DNA of 64,000 nt, taken from the NCBI GenBank assembly GCA_046254885.1, contig CM100994.1, positions 93,702,727-93,766,726 on the forward strand, in the 5' to 3' direction. Below, in pieces: positions 19,494 through 32,699 of this stretch. Source of the stretch: Sinanodonta woodiana (lineage: Eukaryota). The translations under genes and the position numbers were made by a program. The notes beneath the pieces are model-generated. The model saw only the letters and a list, made by a program, of their open reading frames with translations, had not been told where the DNA came from and ran no database searches. Within the stretch, counting starts at the first letter, position 1, and each line of letters starts with the position of its first letter.

Positions 19494-21154
19494 AAACCAA
19501 AATATTTCAAAGCTAATTTGAAAGAACTGCATCATTGTACTGGAGAGCACATGTATAGGTGTTGTCACACAATAGGGGTCATGTACTTAGATTGTAATGG
19601 TCACTGATGTTACAGGTGTGTATTTTCAACTTTGTAACTACACCGCCTGTTGATAACTCATGTACATTGGGGTCCACATTATAAGTGAGGGCACAAGTTA
19701 CCAAGTTACCTCCGGTAATAGTAGGGATAATATCCTCACTGAATATTATGAAAACATGGCGGGGGGAGGGGGTTATTTGGATTTTTAATTCCCAAATACA
19801 CTTTTAAAAAAAAAAATACTTGCATTGGGATTAATTGGCAATAAAATACTTTTTATAGTGTAGTGTAGTTGTTTTTCTGTATCAGCTGTCATTTTATTTT
19901 CAAGATGTCTAACCACAAAAAAAGTCATTGTCATTATGCATGCAGAAATATTGGGCATTTTATTACTGCCTTTTTGTTGTTGATAAGTTTGGTTCTTTGC
20001 TTTGTAAGGTCACAGAACCAAATGAGATTCCTTTTTTTTGTAAAAATATACTAGGTATGTTTATTTCTTGAAACAACCATAAACATTGAGACTAGTTTTA
20101 TTTTTTTCTTCTAGTAAAATAGTGATACTGTATTTTCTTTGCAAGTACATGTAAGATTTCTGAATGCTTTTTCAGGAAGTTTTAGTTAAGTACAAACTCT
20201 TAAATTGTGCAAATAGCTTTATTTTTAAACTTCAAGTAAACATATTATTTCTTTGATTAAATTGAGAATGAGTAGGCTAATTAAGGTAGTTAAATATTAT
20301 TACATACATAATAATATTGATAAAAGTATTTGATTGATTAATTGAAATGAATTGACCTGACTCACAACCAGGGCTGCTACCTGATACACAAGTAGTATTA
20401 GATTGTCTTTTAAGTTTCCTTTGTTTCACCCACTTTATTTGATTAAATAAAACATAATTAACTTGATAATTAAAAGCTAGTCTGTTTTTAATTTGGTGCA
20501 ATAATACAATAAATACATCTGACATATAAAAATATGATCGACACTTAATGCCTATGAAATGCAGACAATCTTCAGAAATGGTTCTGATCTGTCACCAGTC
20601 ATCTTTTAAATCTTGTTATCATTATTCCTTTTGAATGGATGGCATTTCTTACAACATTGAGCTGTTCCTAAATTAAAATAATGCCAATCTGACAACAACA
20701 TGATCACATTGATGGACATCTTGAAATTTTTCTAATTGTTACTCCTCTGTCATTATCAGTCAGACAGATCTGGAGTTTCTACTTTAAGACTTTATAAAAA
20801 ATGAAGTTGGTTCTGATTAAAAATGGTGCAGATATAATTGAACTTTTCAAAATGCTTTAGCAACCATCATGAAAGTTTCATCATGGGTATTCCTCCAAAA
20901 TGGATGCCAGTATTGACAAATAGTGTTCACTAAACATTTAATGTGATATGTAGTTTGTTTGTAGATGGTGATTCCACAAGGGATGATTCATTGCCCATCT
21001 GTAAAATCTTTCTATTGCTTTTTTGCCTGAACAGATAACTGTACTGACATGGGCTTTTTCATTAAAACACTAACAATATGTACCTAGTCAAGATGATGAG
21101 GTGCTGATATGATTTTCAACATGGCAACCATTTTTAAAAATTGTTTTTTTAAAT

Positions 21155-21384
21155 GGTTTAACGTCATTTTTCAGCACAATATATTCTATACATGGCGGTC
21201 AGTAATAATGATGGATGAAGAACCCGGACAACCCCATGAAAGAACCACCGACCCACAAGAAGCTACTGGCAAGCTTTCTCACATAACTACATTTCCCGAA
21301 TCTCAGACTCGAACACATGCAGGGGTGAGATGGCAGTGGTCTGTAATGTACAGCGCTTTAGACCACTCAGCCACTCTGGGCCCC
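21155..21384 (-). mobile_element. SINE, family B
   Basis: Reverse complement of family B. Confidence 0.7.
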
Positions 21385-22496
21385 TCATGGCAACCGTAGT
21401 GGTCATCTAAACCAAATCTTGTTTTCATTACTTTGCTTGACAGAATGTATCACTAAAGCATCTTTTGGAAAATATAATTGGTTCTGAAATGAAAATGTTG
21501 CAGGATAGACCATTAATATGTCAACACTATTGTGAACATGTTTGAAAGCCAAAACCTACTTTACTCTGGGGAAAGGTTAACAACCATTGATTGCTTTTTA
21601 AAAATATGTTAAAAAACTTCATTGAGTCCAGGAACATGGCTAATGGTTGCAAATCAATTTTATGCAGACCATGTAATACTTTTTCTTTTGCTAGCACTCT
21701 TAGGTTGTTTGTCCGTCGATTTGACAAGGACCTTTCTAATCATCCAAGGGTTGGAGGGGCTGGCTTTGTTCTCTGTGTGTGCACATGGCTGTTGAGGCTA
21801 ACCATAGCACATAATGTTTGTTTGCATAAGGGACGGGAGATGAGTGGGACATCTCCAGGAGGAATGATGGCACATACTTTTCTGGCTTGCCTCTAAAGCT
21901 TCTTTCACTGCTGTTCAGCTAGATTTCTCACAACTTTGAGCCTTTGTGCATGTGACTTGATCGCTTGCTGTTTTCTCCCGGAAATAAGGGTTTATGTTGA
22001 ACACTTTCAATGCAGCTTTCAGATTGTCTTTGAAGCATTTATTCTGACCTCTTTGTATCTTTGCTGTGAGCATGATACACAGTATGATTAGATTTTTATC
22101 TGAAAATTACCTTGAATAATGATAATTCAGACACATTTTGGGTTAATAAAATTATTTATGAATAAATGAAACTTAACATTTGGGTCAAATTTGACAGTAT
22201 CTGAGATGAGATCAGTGGACCTGTTTTCATGGTCCAGGTAAAATAACATTGCACTACACTTTTTTAATTTAGATGTATAGGATGATATTTTTCTTTCCAA
22301 ATTTTGTATGTTTGAATTTCATATGATTATCTGAAATAATTTAAATACTGGTACTCGTAGATTAAAATAAAAGATAAATGTAGTGAAGAAATGGATTGAT
22401 AGGGATTACCTACTATTCTACTCATCAGAGTATCAATTCCTTTATAAAACTAAATATTAGGGTAAAAATACTATTTGATTATGATCTCTGTTGCAG

Positions 22497-22695
22497 GCAT
22501 CTTTGATAGTTCTGTTCAACAAAAGCAATGTTAGTCACTCATTCAAAATAAGACAAGCCAGTCGATACAGAATTCCTGTGGTGAACCCCAGATATCTGGA
22601 TCAGTGTATTGAGCAAGGATATATCCTAAGCACAGAGGGCTTCATAGTTGCAGAGCCTCGATATGAGCAGGGGCTCAAGACAGGGAAAATTCAAA
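22497..22695 (+). CDS. Host gene exon (BRCT domain, C-terminal half), phase 0-1
   Basis: The acceptor is ctctgttgcag| and the donor is caaa|gtgagt. The exon encodes ASLIVLFNKSNVSHSFKIRQASRYRIPVVNPRYLDQCIEQGYILSTEGFIVAEPRYEQGLKTGKIQ, carrying the BRCT motif vV.p.Wl.dci..g. It is phase-compatible with the previous exon. Confidence 0.55.
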
Positions 22696-24323
22696 GTGAG
22701 TTATATGAGCTTTCTTTAACTACACTAAAGGCCTTATAATTCTGACAGAGATTTCCTTTTATTCTGTGCCTGCATATTATATTGAAGCTATTTTTGTCCA
22801 TATATCCTTCCATCTATCCATTCATTATCAACTTGGCTTCCATGCAGTAAGTTAGGTTCAGCTTTACATATCATTACCAAGCTTTGCAAAAACCCTGTAG
22901 ATTTAGGATAAAAGAGGGGTCAAAATGCAAGGTTATTGTGATTGACAATTGAAAATGGTTTTTATGGAAAGCATGAGTTCTAGTTTACATAACCTTCACC
23001 AAACTTTGCAGATGGGTTTCTATGTAGGAAACAAAAATCCTAAATGATTTGAGGTTACCATAAATACTTGTATATAAGACAAAAATTAAAATAGGAAAAA
23101 AAATAAAGCCTGGAAAGAGGGCTGTCTGCTTATCTGCATGCCAAGGTCCTAGTCTTAAACATGTTTAAGATTTGTTTTCCCTCGATTACCAGTATTGTTA
23201 CTGTCGATTGCCGAAGATAAGTTAACAAGGCTAATGGCGCTATGTGTTGTCATGAAATAAACAGATTTTTCTAACTTAACTGGTAGTATAATGAATGAAA
23301 AACATGTATCATAACTGTACTTGACATCAATTTGACCGATGTCACTCCACTAATAAATGCAGCCATACATGTTATTTGAGCCACTAGTGGTATGTGTATT
23401 TTGTAAAAGAACTGCCATTTTGTAGTCTCTCATTGAAGTATATAACCCTCAGCTAATCACTACTCCTTAAACTCTATTGTACTGTACAAATGCACATTAG
23501 CTTTTTTTCAGTATGAAAAGATTTTACATAACAAAATTAGAATTATGATAATGACAGTATTTACGACACATTTTGGTATTGAGAGTAGAAATACATGTAT
23601 GATTGTCAAGGAACAAAAAGCCACATTTGGTTATGAAGTCATGAAGCAATATATGATTCAGCTGTATAATTGTAAAAAAAATAATTTGTGGGATTTCTTT
23701 GACAGGTATTTTTGAAGTTATCGGCAGTCACAATTTATCTTCTACGGCTGTTTAGTTGTTTGTACAGCAAAGTGGTTTGTTAGCGGTAGTGTATTGTACA
23801 GTAACTACCAGTATGCTTAATCAGTGGTAAATGCCTCAGAGATAAATGGACTTGTTTTGTTGCACAATGCCAATAACTTTACTAATATATGCTGACTCTC
23901 AGATGTATTCTTTAATGACATACAGTAGTGGTTGGATATAAATTTGTATTTGATACTTATTTATCAATGTTTCATTTTTGGGGGTTTCTTTAACTACCGG
24001 TAGCATGATTCAGTGGGCCAAAATAAGGATTGGTTTCAGCATGGACATTGGCCTTTCCCATAACTAGGTTGTCGTTCGTGGTAAATCATTGATTACGTCC
24101 CTTGATTCAGGTGACTCACTTATGGTGACTATCATATGCTGTATCAAATGTTAACTGTTGCCAAATCTACAGCATATACTTTAACACCATGGATGATTTT
24201 ATTATGGATGATTGTTTTCTGTGAGAGTGAGTGTGAAAGGCATGCATATGATAACCTCAAGGTGATAATTAATTCAAACATTCCTGTACAAGAATATGTA
24301 TATGTAAACTTTATACTGTTGTT

Positions 24324-26440
24324 ATGGATAATAACATAAAAGATATATCTATAAATGTTAGAGGCCTGCAAGGTTCAGTCTTGAAACGAAGGGACATTTT
24401 CCACTGGGTAAAACAAAAGAATGTATCTGTAGTATGCTTGCAAAAAACTCATAGTACAAAGAACGATGAATCATATTGGACAGCAGAATGGGGATACAAA
24501 TGTATATTTAGCCATTGTTCTAGCAATAGTGCTGGGGTTGCAATATTTTTTAGAAATACTTTTGAATTCATAATTCATAGAGAAAGATGTGACTGTCAAG
24601 GAAGATTTATTATTTTAGATATTACAATTAATGGTAACTGAATAACCCTCTTAAATTTGTATGGTTATAATGATGATAATCCTAGCTTTTTTAGAGTTAA
24701 AAGAGGAGATATTATATTTTGAAAACTCATCAATTATAATGTGCGGAGACTGGAACACTGTTCAAGACTTATATTTGGATACTTATAATATTTTACATGA
24801 CAAACACCAACAGTCCAGGGCAGCGATTCAAGACCTCAAAAATGAATTGGAATTAATTGACCCCTGGCGAAATTCCAATCAAGACTTAAAGATGTAAACT
24901 TGGAGGCAAAAACCTCCCTTGAAACAAAGTAGATTAGATTACTTTCTTGTATCAGATGACATTCATATGAATACAGCAGATGTGTGTATCTTACCAGGGT
25001 ATAAAACTGATCATTCAGCTATTGTTTTAAGTGTGGCATTCTCAACGACTCCAAAGGGAAAAGGATATTGTAAATTTAATGCCCAACTGTTGAAGAACAT
25101 TGAGTACATTGATTTAGTCAAAAAGTGTATAACTGACACGGTAAATGAATATTATGTAAGGGGAAATAAATATGACTATCTCCATGTTTATCTATCTTGT
25201 AATGATCAAATGTTTTTTGAAATTTTGAAAATGAAAATAAGATATGAAACTATATGTCATTCTATTAAGAAAACAAGAAAAACAGCAAAATTTAAAGAAA
25301 ATTGAATAGGAAATAATAGAAATTCAGGGGGGACTGTTGAATAACATAGAAGGGAAAGCTCTAGAAAATTTAGAAAGAAAAACTGCAGGATTAAAGGAAT
25401 CTAGGAAAAATTACATAGAAGGTGTTATATTAAGATCTAAAGCTAGATGGTACGAATTTGGGGAAAAAAGCACAAAGTATTTTTTAAGTCTTGAAAAAAG
25501 AAACTACGTCAATAAGACAATAAAGGAAATTATTTTAGATGATGAGACAAATATATCTGACCAAATAGATATTTTAGAAGCACAAAAACAGTTTTATATG
25601 GAATTATATAAAAGTAGAACTGCTTAGTTTATTGACTAGGCAACTCAAGAAACTCTAAATAGATTTCTTAATCACAATATTAAACTTAGGCTAAACGAAC
25701 ACTGGCAAGCTGGAGTCAACGACATATATCTTTAGTGGGTAAGGTAATTGTTGTAAAATCTCTTGTTCTGCCAATATTCATACATTTTTTTTCAGCACTT
25801 CTAAATCCATCAGCTAAAGTTGAAGCAGAACTAAATTGCACACTATTTAAATTTGTATGGGTTGGAAAAGTAGAAAGAATAAAACGTGATATAACAGTAT
25901 CCCCAGAAAATGAGGGAGGACTAAATATGATACACATATTTTCATTCATTAGATATATTAAGATAAGATGGGTAAAACGATTGTTGGAAAACGAGAATGG
26001 AGTGTGGCAGAACTTAGTCAATTTAATTGTATTCAGAAATAAAAAGAATATTTGGATTTTAGGGAAAAGGAAATCAGAAGAATTTTTAGTAAGCTCATTA
26101 AAAATAGTTTTTGGAGATATGTAATTTTGGCAATATCTAGTTGGAAAGAGGAACCGCAGGGTCCAAACGAGTATCTATCCATGAATATTTTAATTTTTTT
26201 CCCCACTAAATTGTTTTATCAATACAACTCATGGAGAGAAGCTGGTTTTGAAATTCTGAAGGATCTAATAGATGATAATTGCAATTTAATTCCTTTTGAA
26301 ATAATAAAACAAAAGACTAGAAGTGATGATATCTTAAAATACTTCTCCTTAATATCCAAAATTCCTAAAGCATGGAAAGATGCCATAAAAAAAAACATTA
26401 AGTACAAAATAATTTTGAGAAACAGGAGGATAAAATAATG
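24324..26440 (+). mobile_element. Non-LTR retrotransposon (LINE, L2/CR1-like) remnant with an apurinic/apyrimidinic endonuclease (APE) domain and post-RT region but the RT core deleted
   Basis: ORFs 24324-25305 read VCLQKTHS...IMCGDWNTV...SRLDYFLVS...KTDHSAIVL, an APE endonuclease. ORFs 25735-26438 read VKSLVLPIFIHFFSALL...KRDITVSPENEGGLNMIHIFSF, the region C-terminal of RT. The ~250-aa RT motifs are absent. Several frameshifts are present. Confidence 0.75.
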
Positions 26441-27390
26441 AACTTACAAAAACAAAATTCTTTGTTTACAAAGATCTTTTAGAAAAAACAAACCTAAAAG
26501 GCAACACACTGCCAAACATGAAACTTGGATACAAGTATTAATAAAAGTATAATCTTATTGCTTGTAATCTTGTAATATCATATCACTGGATGTCCCCGGA
26601 AGTGTAAAGTGATTTCTCGGTCATGCGCACCTCGTCAAAGGGCAAGTAATTTTCAAGGGAAACAACCTAGTTATGGGAAAGGCCAATTGTGACCGCTTAT
26701 AACTTTAAGCAGAAACCATGTCCACTACCGTATGTCAGTAATCAGTGGTAGTATATTACAGGATAAGGTATATGAATAATATACTACCACTGTAAATAAA
26801 TGTAGATTTTGAAGGATTCTAAGAGTGATAGAACTTTTATAATTCATAATTTTGAATTAATATTTTTAATAATTTCAATTATGACTTAACATTGATGATA
26901 CATGTTTTTATTTTAGCATATAGCTTTCTTACTTTCATTTTTGTTAAATTTGAAGATAATATTTATGTTACTAATGTGATTTGCCTAAATAAATGTGTTT
27001 AGAACCACTTTTTTGCATCTTGTAATGTAGTCTAAACTTATGGGTCAGCATTATGTGGGTCATGCACTTTTTAACATTTTTACCTATTCAGCTGGGTGGG
27101 GTGGGGTGTCGGCTTATATGCAAATGGGTTTATATGCTAAAATATATGGTAAGACAATTTGAAGTCAGATATACTGTAGCCAAAATATTTTAGACAAAAT
27201 TGCTTCTGTGAAGTAACTTGAATTCTGTTTGACGTACCACTGCAAACTTTGTAGTTTGGTTTCAATCTAAAACTTGGGGGTCAAAAGGTAAAAAGTCAAG
27301 GTCATTAGGATCCAACAAAGTACAATTGTTTCTGGACAATATCATGAATTGAGCAGTATCTATAGATACATTGTGTATGTTTAACTGCTC

Positions 27391-27730
27391 CAGTGGCCTA
27401 ATGGTTAAAACATCTGCAATGGGTGTGGAAGATCATGAGTTTTATCCCCAGCAGAGTCATCCCAAAGACATACAAAAATGGTAATAACAGCTGCCTCGCT
27501 TGGTGCTCAGCATTAAGAAGTTAGTGTTAGGACTGGTTGACCTGTTGTCAGGATAATGTGACTGGGTGGGATATTCAGCTATAAGCTGAAATAAAAACAT
27601 TTTATCTGTATGTCTGCATCATGATGCTCCAGTGCTAGATATCACTATAAACTGCATCACTGCAGACATTGTAGCAATATGACTGAAAAATTGTTAAAGC
27701 TATGTTAAAAATCCTAATCAGATCAAACAT
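27391..27730 (+). mobile_element. tRNA-derived SINE, family A, full length
   Basis: Same family as 9741..10060. Head is CCAGTGGCCTAATGGTTAAAACA. Confidence 0.7.
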
Positions 27731-27969
27731 TGTGTATGATGTTACAAGAAGCTTGTTACTTTTATATCTGAAGATTACAGGTGAAGGACACTGTGAAGAG
27801 TCTTTCATAATAACTTAATTTTCTGAATTTGTCTTCACCGAACTTCACAAGTAGGTTGCTTTTGATAAGACAAAAGACCTGATAGCTTCAGGGTTATAAT
27901 AGTCCATGTAAAGATAGTCATAACCTTAACAAGTAACCAATTTAATATGCATTAATCTTTTTGTTTTCA

Positions 27970-28193
27970 TGGTTTAACGCCATTTTTCAGCACATGATAG
28001 GCTATAGATGATGGCCAGTATTATTGGTGGATGAAGAACCCGGGAAAATCACGGGATAGAACCACAGACCCACGAGAAGCTTTCTCACATAACTACATTA
28101 GCCAAATCTTAGACTTGAACTCACACAGACAGGTGAGACAGCAGTAATCTGTAATGGAAAGCGCTTTGGATCGCTCGGACACTTGGGGGCCCC
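27970..28193 (-). mobile_element. SINE, family B
   Basis: Reverse complement of family B. Confidence 0.65.
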
Positions 28194-28474
28194 TGCAATA
28201 ATTGTGTATTCTTGTTAGTCATAATTAAGAACCTCTTAAAGGCACCTGTTGGAAAAGGTTTCATTGATACATTTATACATGTTCATTATCATATATATGG
28301 CCTTATTTGTGTCTTTTAATCTAAATATCTTTTTATCTATAATAAGCCAATCTTAATGTTATTGAAATAGGTTTCAAAATCTGTTTTGTGATAAGTGTGT
28401 GAAATATCTGTTGGACACGTGTGGAATACAGTATGACATGCAAGGCTCAATACATGTTGTTCATTGTATTTTAG

Positions 28475-28623
28475 GATCTTTCTCAGAAGCTGTCATCCAA
28501 AAAAAGAAGAAACATGGGAAGCTCATCAACCTTGCATCACACCCTAGCTTCCTGCATGGTGACCCAGATGGACCCGAGTTTGATGAGGGCAGATATGAAC
28601 TGGCTAAGTGGGCAGTTCTTCAG
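28475..28623 (+). CDS. Host gene exon, phase 1-0
   Basis: The acceptor is tgtattttag| and the donor is cttcag|gtttgc. The exon encodes (R)SFSEAVIQKKKKHGKLINLASHPSFLHGDPDGPEFDEGRYELAKWAVLQ. Its phase matches the 1-nt overhang of the previous exon. Local GC is higher than the flanking sequence. Confidence 0.45.
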
Positions 28624-28715
28624 GTTTGCAGCATATCTATTTTATCATATGTAATGTACATAACATGCAAACAGAATGAATCTAGTTGTGCCATTGCATG
28701 GTGCACTGCCATCAC

Positions 28716-30185
28716 AGTATGCAATGACAGATCTGACTCTGTGCTGTTAATAGATAGGATTATATTACACATGATCATATATAATAATACACTGGCCATC
28801 ACAGTATGCAATGACAGATCTGACTCTGTGCTGTTAATAGATAGGATTATGTTACAAATGATCATATATAATAATATGCTGGCCATCACAGTATGCAATG
28901 ACAGATCTGACTCTGTGCTGTTAATAGATAAGATTATGTTACACATGATCATATATAATAATACGCTGGCCATCACAGTATGCAATGACAGATCTGACTC
29001 TGTGCTGTTAATAGATAGGATTATGTTACAAATGATCATATATAATAATACACTGGCCATCACAGTATGCAATGACAGATCTGACTCTGTGCTGTTAATA
29101 GATAGGATTATATTACACATGATCATATATAATAATATGCTGGCCATCACAGTATGCAATGACAGATCTGACTCGGTGCTGTTAATAGATAGGATTATGT
29201 TACAAATGATCATATATAATAATACACTGGCCATCACAGTATGCAATGACAGATCTGACTCTGTGCTGTTAATAGATAGGATTATGTTACAAATGATCAT
29301 ATATAATAATACACTGGCCATCACAGTATGCAATGACAGATCTGACTCTGTGCTGTTAATAGATAGGATTATGTTACAAATGATCATATATAATAATACA
29401 CTGGCCATCACAGTATGCAATGACAGATCTGACTCTATGCTGTTAATAGATAGGATTATGTTACACATGATCATATATAATAATGCGCTGGCCATCACAG
29501 TATGCAATGACAGATCTGACTCTGTGCTGTTAACAGATAGGATTATATTACACATGATCATATATAATAATACGCTGGCCATCACAGTATGCAATGACAG
29601 ATATGACTCTATGCTGTTAATAGATAGGATTATGTTACACATGATCATATATAATAATGCGCTGGCCATCACAGTATGCAATGACAGATCTGACTCTGTG
29701 CTGTTAACAGATAGGATTATGTTACACATGATCAAATACAATAATACACTAGCCATCACAGTGTGCAATGACAGATCTGACTGTGCTGTTAATAGATAGG
29801 ATTATATTACACATGATCATATATAATAATACGCTGGCCATCACAGTATGCAATGACAGATCTGACTCTGTGCTGTTAATAGATAGGATTATATTACACA
29901 TGATCATATATAATAATATGCTGGCCATCTCAGTATGCAATGACAGATCTGACTCTGTGCTGTTAATAGATAGGATTATGTTACACATGATCAAATACAA
30001 TAATACACTAGCCATCACAGTGTGCAATGACAGATCTGTCTATGCTGTTAATAGATAGGATTATATTACACATGATCAAATACAATAATACGCTAGCCAT
30101 CACAGTATGCAATGATAGATCTGTCTCTATGCTGTTAATAGATAGGATTATGTTACACATGATCAAATATAATAATACGCTAGTT
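28716..30185. repeat. 87-bp satellite, ~17 tandem copies
   Basis: The unit ...ctggccatcacagtatgcaatgacagatctgactctgtgctgttaatagataggattatgttacacatgatcatatataataatac... is open in two frames on both strands, which gives spurious 466-aa and 382-aa ORFs. Confidence 0.9.
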
Positions 30186-30484
30186 TTTGCTGTTCAGAAA
30201 CGGAAAGGTAAGTAGTGCTGCAAAAGTTTAATTCGCTCATGTTTTAGCACTGTTTATCATCTGTTCTCAGTCATAGTACCAAAACTGAAAATATTCAAAT
30301 GGAGGATTTGATCACTCTCCTGGAGCCAGATGCTCATACTGCAAAAGATTAACTGTTAACACTCATGTTTTTAACTGTTCATCATTGTTCTTTAATTCAT
30401 GTTCAGTATCAAACAGAAAATATTTTTACAGAGTTCTTTACGGGAATAGTGTTTGTGACATGTGTTGATAGCATGCTTGTATCG

Positions 30485-30670
30485 TTATAAGTGGTGATAT
30501 CTTCCAAAGAATATAAGATAAACCAACATGAATATTTTGGCATTATGTAATCCTGGAACTACGTCATCAAAAGTTGGAAGTCTATATCGTTCCCTCACTA
30601 ACACTTTGTTCAGCAGTTGAGGATCTAAACAAATCCTCCACGATCCATTACTCTTCTTTGTAATTGTCAT
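30485..30670 (-). pseudogene. Reverse-transcriptase fragment (RT motifs 1-2)
   Basis: ITKKSNGSWRICLDPQLLNKVLVRERYRLPTFDDVVPGLHNAKIF matches xKKdGxxRxCxDYRxLNKxTxxdxYPLPxIdDL. Confidence 0.6.
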
Positions 30671-31242
30671 CTGGCTAACCCATTCAGTTGGTTCTGTAAC
30701 TGGTATTAAAATGCCACGTTCTGTCAGTAGGTCAATTTGTTTTTTTCACCTCAGTTCTCACTGCCAGCGGTATGTTGTGAGCTGGCAATGCTCTGGGTTT
30801 TGCATCATCTGTGACTCTGAGTTTCACTTCACCAAGATCTCTGAGGTGGCGTTTGACGCTTCCGATAAAATTATCGGTGTTAATTGTGACCAATTTCAGT
30901 TCTTAAACTGCTTTCAAACCTAGCAAGCAATCTAGCTTATTTGGCACAATTACAAAAATTACTTCACGTTTCATTGTTCACTGGGTTTGTCACAGTCAGA
31001 GTTGCCTCCCCTAAGGATTTCGCTGTTGACTTATTCCACATTCTGAGATGTGACACTTTCTGTATTCTCTGAGATTTGCAGACAAATCTCTGTTGGATTG
31101 TATTTACCTAGGTCCCAGTGTCAATGTGAAATGTTACATCACAGTCATTTGCAATCATTTTGGCCTTTGCCTTTGAATTGATAGAACTGTCAATGTAGTT
31201 AAGCCAGAATTTTTCTTCTGTAGCTTCTTCGGGCTTGTCATT

Positions 31243-31485
31243 TTAGTCAACTGTTTGCACTTTCTTGCAGCATGATTTGAAATGGTTCTTTACACCACAG
31301 TTGTTACATTTCTTTCCCCAGGCTGGACATTTTTCTTTTCTTCGTTCATGAAACAGTCCACAGAAGCCGCACTTAAGTTTCAGTCTTACCAATCCAGTAC
31401 CATATGCACCTGCTTGTGATCGTGGTTTCGCGTTATCAACTTTGTTCACCGAATCATGTACTTTGTCTTGTCTGATTTCTTGCAC
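31243..31485 (-). pseudogene. gag zinc-knuckle fragment
   Basis: CNNCGVKNHFKSC has the CX2CX4HX4C spacing. Confidence 0.55.
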
Positions 31486-31697
31486 ATGTCTATTTGATTG
31501 TTCAAATGCTCAGCAAGTTTGAAGACACTTGTCAAGTTCAAGTTTTTCTTCTCTCAACAACAATTTTTGGAGCTTACCACTTGTGCTGAGTACAATTTTA
31601 TCTCTTATCATTCAGTCTTTTTCTTTGAAATTGCATGACTCTGCTCTTCTCCTAACTTAGGTAAGGAAATGTTCAAATGATGTAAAGTCATCATATT

Positions 31698-32057
31698 TCA
31701 CACACCAGAACCTGTGGGTTTCAAGAACTTCATTCCTCCATGGATTACAGTAGGCTTCAGTCTGTTGCAGAACTTTGGATCGTTTTTGTCATCTTGATTT
31801 GCCCATACGAACTGGTCATAAATGTTGATTACCTTCGGCTCTGCACAGTGTAAAATGATACTGGTTCGAACTGTCTTGTCTTTGTTTTGGGAACCACTAG
31901 CGGTCAAATATATTTCTATCTGTCGCTTCCATCTCTTGAAGTTTTCACTTATATTTCCTTCAGTAATATCTAAAGTCCCAGGTGGCTTTAACGAGTCCGC
32001 CATGTCGAACGAATCAAATCGGAAATGTGATCTATTTTCGCAACCTGGCTTGGTCAA
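31698..32057 (-). pseudogene. Retrotransposon gag N-terminal fragment
   Basis: FDSFDMADSLKPPGTLDITEGNISENFKRWKRQIEIYLTASG...DKTVRTSIILHCAEPKVINIYDQF is a retrotransposon-gag-like pattern. Confidence 0.55.
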
Positions 32058-32699
32058 ATTTTCGGAGTTTCTTCAACTCTGTGCGTTTATCCAGCGAAAA
32101 TCAACATTGCAGACGTTATCAGTATATGCGTTCATCGCTGCCACCATGTTGATAGCATGCATGTATCGTCATAAGTGGTGATATCTTCAAAAGAATAGCT
32201 CATAGACAAAACACAAGTCATGTGCCAAATTGCATGTTTAATCAACTCACCGGAGGTAACTCCTTCAAGACCACTACAGAATATAGAGTAACAGTTGTCT
32301 TTCTTAGATCATATCAACAACATGTCTTTGTTAAAATTTCCCACTATAACAAAATACAATGGTAGAAAAAATTATCATATTAGTACCAGCATTTTATTTT
32401 AGTGGTAATGAACAGTTTTTACTGAATAAATTTATTATCTTATATTAAGTGTGCTTGTCATGATTTCCAAATTACATGCTAAGCGTACCTAACAATGAAA
32501 GTGCCTTAAAGTTTCTTTACAGTTTCAGCAAGTTTAACGGTCCTGATACAAAAAGATAAGAAAACTTGCTTCAGTTAAAATAAACCTGTTTTGAAAGATC
32601 ACTGCCATGAGAGACCACCTGTCTTGAGGGATGTGATTCTCATTGCAAGGATTTATTGAATATATAGTTATATCACCTGTTATGATTGACCAATGCATA

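Larger units (their letters stand above)
30461..32197 (-). mobile_element. Ty3/gypsy-like LTR-retrotransposon internal fragment (gag plus start of RT), bounded by ~50-bp direct repeats
   Basis: The gag N-terminus (PF03732-like), a CCHC knuckle and RT domains 1-2 are in the correct order on the minus strand. The repeat gttgatagcatgc.tgtatcgt.ataagtggtgatatcttc.aaa occurs at 30461-30512 and at 32148-32197. The fragment is truncated by the 87-bp satellite. Confidence 0.6.

Noticed and set aside
28399-30215. Long ORFs on both strands (466 aa and 382 aa) through the 87-bp array. Similar long ORFs run through the 42-bp array (720 aa) and the 27-bp array (up to 477 aa, several frames).
   Set aside because: The repeat units lack stop codons in several frames, so open frames are an arithmetic consequence. 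The peptides are pure unit iterations. Only the first ~75 codons at 28475-28623 look like a real exon.
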